Assembly: GCA_029858205.1 (NCBI GenBank)
Contig: JAOUFM010000007.1
Coordinates: 36,423 to 100,422 of the forward strand
Direction of reading: 5' to 3'
DNA from: Deltaproteobacteria bacterium
Lineage (GTDB): Bacteria > Desulfobacterota > GWC2-55-46 > DRQE01
Length of the DNA: 64,000 nt
In this document: positions 10,005 to 18,091 of the stretch, piece by piece
Numbering within the stretch: position 1 is the first letter of the stretch
Layout of the letters: each line of letters starts with the position of its first letter
Notes under the pieces: model-generated
What the model was told of the DNA's origin: nothing
The model's input: the letters and a program-made list of their open reading frames with translations, nothing else
Database searches by the model: none
Made by a program: the position numbers and the translations under genes

Positions 10005-10544
10005 ATGCCTAAAAAGACTGCTCTGGCAATAGGGAAAAAAATAAAGTCCATAAAGCTCCTTGTCATGGACTGTGACGGAGTCCTTACCGACGGCCGCATT
10101 ACCTACGGCTCAGGCGGGCTCGAGATAAAGGCCTTTAACGTAAAGGACGGCCACGGAATAAAGCTTCTTAGGATGGCAGGCTTAAAGAGCGCTGTCATAA
10201 CCACCAGAAGCTCCGAAGCGCTCGAGCGAAGGGCAAAGGAACTCGGAATCGACCATGTCTACCAGGGCAGGAGCGATAAGCTTACGGTGTTTGCCGAGAT
10301 ACTGAAAAAAGAGGGGCTTACTTCCGACGAGGCCGCTTACATAGGTGACGATGTGGTGGACCTTCCGGCAATGCTTTCTTCTGGATTTCCGGTTGCCGTC
10401 GCCGATGCGGTGGCAGAGGTAAAGAAGATTGCTTTTTATGAGACAAAGCTTTGCGGCGGGCAGGGGGCGGTAAGGGAGGCAATTGAAATTATCCTTAAAA
10501 AACAAGGCCTTTGGAGCGGCCTGATGAAGCGCTACGGGGTATAA
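10005..10544 (+). CDS. kdsC: 3-deoxy-D-manno-octulosonate 8-phosphate phosphatase (HAD family)
   Basis: HAD motif I LVMDCDGVLTDG and the GDD motif (YIGDDVVDLP). Sits immediately upstream of lptC-lptA-lptB. Confidence 0.9.
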   Translation: MPKKTALAIGKKIKSIKLLVMDCDGVLTDGRITYGSGGLEIKAFNVKDGHGIKLLRMAGLKSAVITTRSSEALERRAKELGIDHVYQGRSDKLTVFAEILKKEGLTSDEAAYIGDDVVDLPAMLSSGFPVAVADAVAEVKKIAFYETKLCGGQGAVREAIEIILKKQGLWSGLMKRYGV

Positions 10545-10586
10545 ATACCTTTACTACGATGCTTTGAGGTGCTATAATTGAGGGAA

Positions 10587-10617
10587 GGGAGAGTCTGGCC
10601 TCTCCCTAATTTATTTT
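10587..10617 (+). terminator. Hairpin gggagag-tctggc-ctctccc followed by taatttatttt
   Basis: Read directly: 7-bp stem, 6-nt loop and a T-rich tail, between kdsC and lptC. Confidence 0.4.
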
Positions 10618-10654
10618 ATAAGAAGGAAGGCGGCCTCTTAGTTCTACAAACATT

Positions 10655-11242
10655 ATGAAGGTCAACTACCGTTCCGTTCTAATCCTCTTTATTGGATTTT
10701 CCATCATCGGCCTGACGGCCATGTCCACGCTGTATTTCTTTCAAAAGAGAAAGCAGGCGGCCGTTACTAAGCCTGTTGCGCCCGTGTCCGTTGGCATAAA
10801 GGATTTCACAGGAGATGCCGTTGACCAGATGCGTTTAACAAGCGTATCGGGCGGCAAGATAGAGTGGGAGATGCGCTCAACCAAGGCTGTTAAGGAAAAG
10901 GGCTCGAACGCTATAACATTCCAGGCCGTAGAATTCAGGTATTCGTCCAAGGACGGCAATAATTTCTTCATCAACGGCGCCAAGGGCTCGTACGATGAAG
11001 ATAAGGGCATACTCAAAGTGACAGGCAAGGTCAACATGCACGACGAGAGCGGTTACACCGTGTACTCTAATGAGATTACATATAAGATAGAGAAGCAGAC
11101 GGCCGAGATGCCAGGGGCCGTGAAGATAGAGTCGAAAAAGGGCATGGTAACCGAAGGAGAGGGGCTGACCGCCGACATCGCGGCCGGGAGTATTAATCTT
11201 TCGAAAAAGATAAAGACCGTTTTAAAGAACGTGTCCATATAG
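10655..11242 (+). CDS. lptC: LPS export protein LptC
   Basis: Single N-terminal TM anchor followed by a beta-rich periplasmic domain. The call rests mainly on the conserved kdsC-lptC-lptA-lptB context. Confidence 0.7.
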   Translation: MKVNYRSVLILFIGFSIIGLTAMSTLYFFQKRKQAAVTKPVAPVSVGIKDFTGDAVDQMRLTSVSGGKIEWEMRSTKAVKEKGSNAITFQAVEFRYSSKDGNNFFINGAKGSYDEDKGILKVTGKVNMHDESGYTVYSNEITYKIEKQTAEMPGAVKIESKKGMVTEGEGLTADIAAGSINLSKKIKTVLKNVSI

Positions 11243-11256
11243 GAGAGGCTTTGCCA

Positions 11257-11847
11257 ATGAGAGGTCTGTTGTATATTGCCGTATTGGCGTTTATCGCGGC
11301 CTGTGTTATGCAGGAGGGCGTTTCCTTTGCCGGCGACAAGGACGGTGCAAAGAAAACCGCGGCCACCGCGCCTGCCGATGGCGCCAAAGGCGCTTCGAGC
11401 AAAACCGCGATAGGTGCAACCATCACTTCCGATTCCATGAAGATGATAAAGGGCGGCAAGGAAGTCGTCTACATCGGCAACGTGCTTCTCGATGCCGGTT
11501 TTCAAATGTGCTCGGAGGAACTCAAGTTCATTTATCTCAAGGCCGGCGAGGTAAGCGAGATTAACGCCTCGGGCGGCGTTATGTTTGTTCAGGGCACGCG
11601 CGCGGCAAAGGCCGATAGCGCGCGCTACGATAAGGCGGGAAGGATACTTAAGCTTAGCGGCAATGCCATGGCCTCGCAGTGCGGCACGGTTATCAGGGGA
11701 GAAACCATCACATTCGACCTCGATACCGATGATGTGAAGGTCGAGGCTGCGGGCGGCAAGAAGGTCAAGATGATGGTGATGCCGCGTAAAAAAAGCTGCC
11801 AGGGCAAACAGTCCGGTGATGAAATTAAGTGCAAATCGTCTCGTTAA
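11257..11847 (+). CDS. lptA: LPS transport periplasmic protein LptA (OstA-like)
   Basis: AGGAGAG Shine-Dalgarno 10 nt before the ATG at 11257, and a signal peptide (LLYIAVLAFIAACV). Position is between lptC and lptB. The 3' end overlaps lptB by 32 nt. Confidence 0.72.
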   Translation: MRGLLYIAVLAFIAACVMQEGVSFAGDKDGAKKTAATAPADGAKGASSKTAIGATITSDSMKMIKGGKEVVYIGNVLLDAGFQMCSEELKFIYLKAGEVSEINASGGVMFVQGTRAAKADSARYDKAGRILKLSGNAMASQCGTVIRGETITFDLDTDDVKVEAAGGKKVKMMVMPRKKSCQGKQSGDEIKCKSSR

Positions 11848-12538
11848 GTCTTACCGCGGCCGCAAGGTTCTCGACGGCGTATCCTACTCTGTAGAGGAAG
11901 GTGAGGTCGTAGGGCTTCTCGGGCCAAACGGCGCGGGCAAGACGACATCGTTTTATATAACCGTAGGCCTTGTTGAGACCGATTCTGGGAATGTGTCGTT
12001 CGACGGTAACGACGTTACGGCGCTTCCGATGTTCGAGCGGGCAAGGCTCGGTGTCGGGTACCTCGCGCAGGAGCCCTCTGTCTTCAGGAAGCTTTCGGTC
12101 GAGGACAACATAAAGTCCATTATAGAGTTTTTGCCTGACGGCGCGGCGGCCAAGGCCACGATGCTTGAGCGCCTTCTAAAGGAGTTTGGCGTCGAGCACG
12201 TACGAAAGAGCAAGGCCTATTCCCTCTCCGGCGGCGAGAGACGAAGGGTGGAGATAGCCAGGTCGCTTGTCAATTCGCCTAGGTTTCTTCTTCTGGATGA
12301 GCCGTTCTCCGGCATAGACCCGAAGGCCGTTGCCGACATACAGGAAGTGGTCATAGGGCTTAAGAAGCGCGGCATAGGCATACTCATTACCGACCATAAC
12401 GTCGGAGCAACGCTTGGTATCTGCGACAGGGCTTACATAATCGACAAGGGCGCGATACTCGAGACCGGCACGCCTTTAGAGCTTGTAGAGAGCAGGCGCG
12501 TGCGCGATGCGTACCTTGGCGACAAGTTCAGGCTTTAG
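11816..12538 (+). CDS. lptB: LPS export ABC transporter ATPase LptB
   Basis: Walker A GPNGAGKTT, ABC signature LSGGERRRVEIAR, Walker B LLLDEPFSGIDP, and H-loop ITDHN. Confidence 0.95.
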   Translation: MMKLSANRLVKSYRGRKVLDGVSYSVEEGEVVGLLGPNGAGKTTSFYITVGLVETDSGNVSFDGNDVTALPMFERARLGVGYLAQEPSVFRKLSVEDNIKSIIEFLPDGAAAKATMLERLLKEFGVEHVRKSKAYSLSGGERRRVEIARSLVNSPRFLLLDEPFSGIDPKAVADIQEVVIGLKKRGIGILITDHNVGATLGICDRAYIIDKGAILETGTPLELVESRRVRDAYLGDKFRL

Positions 12539-12550
12539 GCGCAAAACACT

Positions 12551-14002
12551 ATGGCATACGGACTAAAACAGGAACAGCGGCTTTCGCAAAAGCTTCTTCT
12601 GACGCCGCAGCTTCGGCTCGCAATCAAGCTTCTTCAGTTGTCGAGGATGGAGCTTGTGGACGCGATACGCGAAGAGATAGAGCAGAACCCGGTGCTCGAG
12701 GACTCTGCCCCGGACATGGAGACTGCGGCCGGCGAGGATACCGAGAACGCGGCATCGAAGATGGACGAGTCCTGGCAGAATTACCTCGAGGGCTACGGCG
12801 ACGACAGCTCCCAGGGCATGGATTTTGGTGTTGAGGACGGCGACGACGAGGACTTTGTCGAGAAGGCCGCGACCTCAGGGCGCGACCTTCGGGGCTATCT
12901 TCTCTGGCAGATACATTATTGCCTGAATGAAGAGAGCGCGCTTGCCGAGTACATAATCGAGTGCATCGAGGACGACGGGTATCTGAGGGCCGTTGACGCG
13001 GTCGGGCTCACCGATAAGGAGATAAGGGAGAAAAGCATAGCAGAGATATCGGCTGCGACCGGGGCCGATGCCGCTGCAGTCGAGGACATGATAGGCCGCA
13101 TACAGGCCCTTGATCCTCCGGGAGTCGGCGCGATGACGCTAAGGGAGTGCCTTCGCATCCAGGCAAGAAGGCTTCCGGCCAGGGACATCGTGGCAGAGGA
13201 GATAATAGATAAGCACCTTGATTTGCTGGGCTCCAGGAATTACAAGGCCATCGCCTCTGCAATGGAGCTTGGTGTCGAGAGGGTGGTTGAGGCCGGCAGG
13301 GTGATAAGCGATCTTTTGACGCCGGTGCCCGGCTCCGGGTTCGGGAAAAGCGATGAGAGGCTCGTCATCCCGGACATATACATAAAGAAGGTAGAAGGCG
13401 AGTACGTCGTCATGGTAAACGACGACGGGCTGCCAAAGCTCAAGGTCAGCGCTTATTACAGGGCTATGCTTAAAAAAGACGCGGACGGCTCGGGCGAGGC
13501 CAGGGACGCGCGCGGCTACGTAAGAGAGCGCATGAAGGCCGCCATGTGGTTCATAAAGAGCGTCCACCAGAGGCAAAACACCATAAAGAAGGTGGCCGAG
13601 AGCATCGTCAAGTTCCAGACGGACTTTCTCGATCTGGGGCTAAAGTTCCTAAAGCCCATGATACTGAAGGACGTTGCCGAGGATATAGGGATGCACGAGT
13701 CGACGGTGAGCCGCGTTACCACCAACAAGTACGTTGACACGCCCAGAGGCGTATTCGAGCTTAAGTATTTTTTCACTTCCGGGTCGTCCTCTGTTGACGG
13801 AGACGTGTCGAGCGAGTACGTGAAGGAACGCTTAAGGGAGATAATCGGCGCCGAGGACAGGGCCAGGCCCCTTAGCGACCAGCAGCTGACGGAGGAACTC
13901 AAAAAGTCGGGCATAGAGCTTGCGAGAAGGACCGTTGCCAAGTACAGAGAAGAGCTCGGGCTTCTTTCCACCTCCGGCAGAAGAGAGCGGCAGACGAAGT
14001 AA
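12551..14002 (+). CDS. rpoN: RNA polymerase sigma-54 factor
   Basis: Gln/Leu-rich region I (QRLSQKLLLTPQLRLAIKLLQ), an acidic region II, an HTH (MHESTVSRVT) and the RpoN box (ARRTVAKYRE). Confidence 0.97.
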   Translation: MAYGLKQEQRLSQKLLLTPQLRLAIKLLQLSRMELVDAIREEIEQNPVLEDSAPDMETAAGEDTENAASKMDESWQNYLEGYGDDSSQGMDFGVEDGDDEDFVEKAATSGRDLRGYLLWQIHYCLNEESALAEYIIECIEDDGYLRAVDAVGLTDKEIREKSIAEISAATGADAAAVEDMIGRIQALDPPGVGAMTLRECLRIQARRLPARDIVAEEIIDKHLDLLGSRNYKAIASAMELGVERVVEAGRVISDLLTPVPGSGFGKSDERLVIPDIYIKKVEGEYVVMVNDDGLPKLKVSAYYRAMLKKDADGSGEARDARGYVRERMKAAMWFIKSVHQRQNTIKKVAESIVKFQTDFLDLGLKFLKPMILKDVAEDIGMHESTVSRVTTNKYVDTPRGVFELKYFFTSGSSSVDGDVSSEYVKERLREIIGAEDRARPLSDQQLTEELKKSGIELARRTVAKYREELGLLSTSGRRERQTK

Positions 14003-14126
14003 TTGTTTTTATTTGTCTTGATTCCATGGCGTTTTCGGGTTAAAAATTAAGACGTACGGGCACACGATGCTTTGTCCGTGCGGTTTTTGTTTTTGCAGCG
14101 ATCAAAAATAACCGGAGGATGTAATC

Positions 14127-14471
14127 ATGCACGTAAGCGTAACGTTCAAGCACATGGACTCGTCCGACGCCCTCAAGGCGTACGCGGAGGAGAAGTCGGA
14201 GAAAATAGCTAAGTATCTCGTCGAGCCGATAGAGGTACATTGGTTTCTCTCCGTCGAAAAAAAGATAAGGCACATAGCCGAGGTCACGGTCATAGCCAAG
14301 CACTGCACCGTAAAGGCCACAGAGAAGACCGACGACATGTATGCGGCGATAGACACTGCGCTCGATAAAGTCGAGCGTCAGGTAAAGAAGCACAAGGAAA
14401 AGGTCAAGGACCACCACAAGAGCGAGAGCCCCAAGTACGCAGAGGGCGGCGAAGAGGAAGAAGAGGCCTGA
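14127..14471 (+). CDS. hpf: Ribosome hibernation promoting factor (HPF/RaiA family, short form)
   Basis: MHVSVTFKHMDSSDALKAYAEEK... is typical of sigma-54 modulation protein/S30EA. Position directly follows rpoN. Confidence 0.9.
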   Translation: MHVSVTFKHMDSSDALKAYAEEKSEKIAKYLVEPIEVHWFLSVEKKIRHIAEVTVIAKHCTVKATEKTDDMYAAIDTALDKVERQVKKHKEKVKDHHKSESPKYAEGGEEEEEA

Positions 14472-14535
14472 GTTTCTTTCGCTTGTAGTGCCGGCGGCGC
14501 AGCGCTTGACCGCAAAGGATACGGAGCGCCGGTTT

Positions 14536-15015
14536 ATGAAGGTATCGGATATACTGCGCGTAGAGAATATCGTTGCCGGGCTTTTTTCATCCGATAAGCG
14601 CGGCGCGCTTGCGGAGCTGTCCGGGCATTTGGCGGGCACGGTCCCGGGCATCGACGAGGCGTATCTTCTGGGTTGTGTTCTTGAGCGTGAAAGGCTCGGA
14701 AGCACGGGCATAGGGCACGGCGTTGCGCTGCCGCACGCGAAGGTTAGGGGGCTCGATTCGCTTTGCATCGTGCTTGGCAGAAGCCGGCAGGGCATTGATT
14801 TTCAGGCGGCCGACGGCGCCCCTGTGCACCTGATTTTTCTCGTGGCAGCGCCGGAGAATTCCACTGCCGTTATACTAAAGGCCCTTTCCTCGTTGTCGAG
14901 GCTTCTTAAGGAGCCAGGGGTAATGGAAGGGCTTATCAAGGCGGATTCTGCGGCAGCGATGCGGCAGTTCATAGCCGAGGCAGAGGTGAAACTCTTTAAA
15001 AGCGCGGCCCTGTAG
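14536..15015 (+). CDS. ptsN: Nitrogen-regulatory PTS EIIA (EIIA-Ntr)
   Basis: PTS EIIA type-2 fold with the phospho-His context GIGHGVALPHAK. The ATG at 14536 (MKVSDIL) is preferred over the ORF-track start at 14488. Confidence 0.87.
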   Translation: MKVSDILRVENIVAGLFSSDKRGALAELSGHLAGTVPGIDEAYLLGCVLERERLGSTGIGHGVALPHAKVRGLDSLCIVLGRSRQGIDFQAADGAPVHLIFLVAAPENSTAVILKALSSLSRLLKEPGVMEGLIKADSAAAMRQFIAEAEVKLFKSAAL

Positions 15016-15056
15016 TTGTTGGCCGCGTATTTCGCGTAAGGGGTGCGTTTACGTCG

Positions 15057-16028
15057 ATGAAGGGTGTAAAGGTAGGGGAACTTTCCTCGCAGAAGTCTCT
15101 CAAGCTCGAGCTCGTTGGCGGAGCAAAGGGGCTTGATAAGGAAATACTGGCTCCGCGCGTGCAAAAGACCGGGCTGCTCCTGACCGGTAAGATAAAGGAC
15201 AAGCTCATCCCCGGGCGCGTACAGGTAATAGGCGAGGCCGAGCTTGCGTATTTGAGCGAACTTAAGCCGGCCGAACTAAGGCGCGCGCTTTTGATATTCT
15301 CGGACGCGGACGTGCCGGCTATGGTCGTAACAAAGGGCCTTAAGCCCAATGCCGAGATCAAGAAGCTCGCCGACAAGGAAGCAATTCCCCTCTACGTAAC
15401 GCCTTTTACCTCGTCCGTATTCATAGAAAACCTTATAAAAGTGCTCGAGGAAAAGCTTTCTCCTTCGACCATAATGCACGGCGTTTTCGTGGACGTGCTC
15501 GGCATAGGCGTCATCATAAAGGGCAAGAGCGGCATTGGTAAAAGCGAGTGCGCCCTCGACCTTATTTCCAGGGGCTACAGGCTCGTTGCCGACGATGTGA
15601 TAATGATAAAGAGAGCGTACCCGGCCATGCTCTACGGCACGGCATCAGGCGCGATACGCCATCATATAGAGGTACGCGGCATAGGCATAGTGAACATCAA
15701 GGACCTTTTTGGCATAACGGCCATAAGGGACAAGAAACCCGTGGATATAGTCGTCGAGCTTGTTGAGTGGAACGCAAGCGAGGAGTACGAGAGGCTCGGG
15801 TTCGAGGATAAGACCGTGGACATTCTTGGTGTCGAGGTGCCGTATCTTAAGATACCGGTTAGCCCCGGGCGAAGTGTTGCGACGATAGTCGAGGTCGCGG
15901 CCCGTAATAAGATTCTAAAGCTAATGGGCATGCAGTCCGGGCTCGAGGCCCTGATGAGCCTGCCGCCTGCCGAGCCTGCGCAGGTGAAGAAGGCCCCAGG
16001 TAAACGAGCGAAGAGGGGCGTAAAATGA
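15057..16028 (+). CDS. hprK: HPr kinase/phosphorylase
   Basis: P-loop GKSGIGKSECALDL and the downstream signature IEVRGIGIVNI. Confidence 0.93.
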   Translation: MKGVKVGELSSQKSLKLELVGGAKGLDKEILAPRVQKTGLLLTGKIKDKLIPGRVQVIGEAELAYLSELKPAELRRALLIFSDADVPAMVVTKGLKPNAEIKKLADKEAIPLYVTPFTSSVFIENLIKVLEEKLSPSTIMHGVFVDVLGIGVIIKGKSGIGKSECALDLISRGYRLVADDVIMIKRAYPAMLYGTASGAIRHHIEVRGIGIVNIKDLFGITAIRDKKPVDIVVELVEWNASEEYERLGFEDKTVDILGVEVPYLKIPVSPGRSVATIVEVAARNKILKLMGMQSGLEALMSLPPAEPAQVKKAPGKRAKRGVK

Positions 16029-16885
16029 AGGAGCTCCGGCTCGTCGTGCTAAGCGGCCCATCGGGCTCGGGAAAGAGCACGGCGGTGAAGGCGCTCGAGG
16101 ATCTTGGATTTTTCTGTGTCGACAATATGCCGGTGACTCTTTTGCCGAAGTTTCTTGAGATACTTTCGCAGACTACCGAGATAACCAAGGTCGCAGCCGT
16201 AGTGGACGTAAGGGAGAGGGAGTTTTTGAAGGACTTTCCCGTAATATTTGGAGAGTTAAAGCAGGCCGGGTATTCGAGCGAGCTCGTGTTCCTGGATTCC
16301 TCCGACGATATACTCGTGAGGCGTTTTAGCGAAACCAGAAGAAAGCACCCGCTCTCCGAGACGAGCCCTCTAGACGGCGTCAAAATAGAGAGGGAGCTTT
16401 TAAAGGACATACGCTCGAGGGCCGATAGGGTAATCGATACGACCGGTTTCAACGTCCACAAGCTCACGGCCCATATTAAGGATGTTTTCGGAGGCCAGGG
16501 CACCGGCGCCAGCATGACGCTAAACCTATTGTCCTTCGGGTACCGTTATGGCATACCGGCGGACGCGGACATGGTGATTGACGCGAGGTTTCTTCCAAAC
16601 CCGTTCTTCGTGGACGAGCTTAAGCGCCTTGACGGCGTAAGCAGCGAGGTTAGAGAGTTCCTGCGCTCGAAGGAAGAGACCGTGTCGTTTCTCGAGAAGC
16701 TTGCCTGGTTCCTCGATTATCTCGTGCCACTTTACATGTCCGAGGGCAAGTCGTATTTTACCGTTGCCATCGGGTGTACCGGCGGCAGACACCGCTCCGT
16801 TGCCATAGTCGAGGAGCTTCTGGAAAGGTTTACGGATAAGCGTCTTGTGCTAAAGAAGCGGCACAGGGATATTGATAAGGAATAG
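16025..16885 (+). CDS. rapZ: RNase adapter protein RapZ (YhbJ)
   Basis: Walker A SGPSGSGKSTA, C-terminal CTGGRHRSV motif, and an ATGA overlap with hprK. Confidence 0.93.
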   Translation: MKELRLVVLSGPSGSGKSTAVKALEDLGFFCVDNMPVTLLPKFLEILSQTTEITKVAAVVDVREREFLKDFPVIFGELKQAGYSSELVFLDSSDDILVRRFSETRRKHPLSETSPLDGVKIERELLKDIRSRADRVIDTTGFNVHKLTAHIKDVFGGQGTGASMTLNLLSFGYRYGIPADADMVIDARFLPNPFFVDELKRLDGVSSEVREFLRSKEETVSFLEKLAWFLDYLVPLYMSEGKSYFTVAIGCTGGRHRSVAIVEELLERFTDKRLVLKKRHRDIDKE

Positions 16886-16927
16886 ATTGTTTGTGTTAAG
16901 AGGAAGCATCTTCGGAAGGAGTCGTCG

Positions 16928-17335
16928 ATGATAGGCGCTGTCATAGTTACGCATGGAACGCTTGCCGAGGCTTTGCTTGAGTCCGCGAGGACGATAGTTG
17001 AATCGGCCGAGAACGTCGCTGCGATAGGCGTTAAGGGGGACGAATCCTTCGATGAACTGAAGGCCAAGATATCGCTTGCCATAAAGTCCGTTGATTCGGG
17101 CTCCGGAGTAATGGTCTTTACCGACATGTTTGGCGGCACTCCCGCCAATATCGTCCTTACGCTCCATGAGGAGGGCAGGATAGAGGTCTTAACAGGGGTA
17201 AACCTTCCGCTTATGATAAAGTTTCTAACGGCGAGAAAGGGACGGAGCCTGAAGGAGTTTTCCTCTGCGCTTGTGGAGCACGGCAGGAAGAGCATAGTGC
17301 TTGCGAGCGGGGTTCTGGGAGGCGCGGGAAAATGA
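16928..17335 (+). CDS. PTS EIIA component, mannose/fructose/sorbose family
   Basis: N-terminal IGAVIVTHGTLAE (phospho-His10 context) and 135 aa length typical of EIIA-Man. Confidence 0.82.
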   Translation: MIGAVIVTHGTLAEALLESARTIVESAENVAAIGVKGDESFDELKAKISLAIKSVDSGSGVMVFTDMFGGTPANIVLTLHEEGRIEVLTGVNLPLMIKFLTARKGRSLKEFSSALVEHGRKSIVLASGVLGGAGK

Positions 17336-17805
17336 TAGCGCTTGTGAGGGTGGACGACAGGCTTGTGCACGGACAGGTGGTATGCGCGTGGGTCCCTCAT
17401 GTGCAGGCCAGCAGCGTCGTGTTCGTCTCCGAGTACGAGCCAGAAGAGGTTTTTGTCGAGGCCGCAACACACGTCTGCTCGGGCGAGGGCATCGAGTTCA
17501 AGGTCTTTACCGCGCGCGAGGTTGTAGAGCATTTCAAGGCCGGGGACTTCGATTCCGGCACGGCCATACTGATACTAAACGATCTTGGCGAGGCATTGAA
17601 ACTCTACGAGGAAGGGTATAGGTTTGAGTCCATCAACATCGGCAACATTCATCACAACAGAGACGGCAGAGCCCTTAGCCGCTCTGTCATGTTAAATGAG
17701 TCGGATGATGCCATCATAGAAAAGCTTAGGGGGATGGGGGTCGAAATAGACATTCGGGCTTTGCCCGGAAAGGAGCCTGTGCCCTATATCGCGAGGAGGC
17801 GTTAA
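17332..17805 (+). CDS. PTS EIIB component, mannose/sorbose family
   Basis: N-terminal VRVDDRLVHGQV (phospho-His context of sorbose-type IIB). Has a 4-nt overlap with the EIIA gene. Confidence 0.8.
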   Translation: MIALVRVDDRLVHGQVVCAWVPHVQASSVVFVSEYEPEEVFVEAATHVCSGEGIEFKVFTAREVVEHFKAGDFDSGTAILILNDLGEALKLYEEGYRFESINIGNIHHNRDGRALSRSVMLNESDDAIIEKLRGMGVEIDIRALPGKEPVPYIARRR

Positions 17806-17824
17806 GGCGCAGTTCGGTTTAGAT

Positions 17825-18091
17825 ATGGTAGAGAAGACCTTCAGGATAAAGAACCGTTTGGGGCTGCACGCAAGGGCCGCGTCCAAGTTCGTGAACCTCA
17901 CGGGCAAGTATTCCTCCGAGATATTCGTTAAAAAGGGCGACCACGAGGTCAACGGCAAAAGCATCATGGGCATACTGATTCTGGCCGCGGCATGCGGCAC
18001 GGATATCGTTGTCAAGGCAGATGGTAAGGACGAGAACGAGGCGATAGCCGCAGTCGGCGCGCTCGTTGAAAGCGGTTTTGGCGAGGACTGA
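17825..18091 (+). CDS. ptsH: Phosphocarrier protein HPr
   Basis: GLHARAASKFV (His15) and NGKSIMGIL (Ser46, the HprK target). 88 aa. Confidence 0.94.
   Translation: MVEKTFRIKNRLGLHARAASKFVNLTGKYSSEIFVKKGDHEVNGKSIMGILILAAACGTDIVVKADGKDENEAIAAVGALVESGFGED

Noticed and set aside
14040-14795. 251-aa minus-strand ORF
   Set aside because: It overlaps hpf and ptsN, both with clear family motifs and conserved locus context, and its product is low complexity.
15859-17532. Minus-strand ORFs of 218 and 266 aa
   Set aside because: They are antisense to rapZ, EIIA and EIIB, which have diagnostic P-loop and phospho-His motifs. Both are shadow ORFs.
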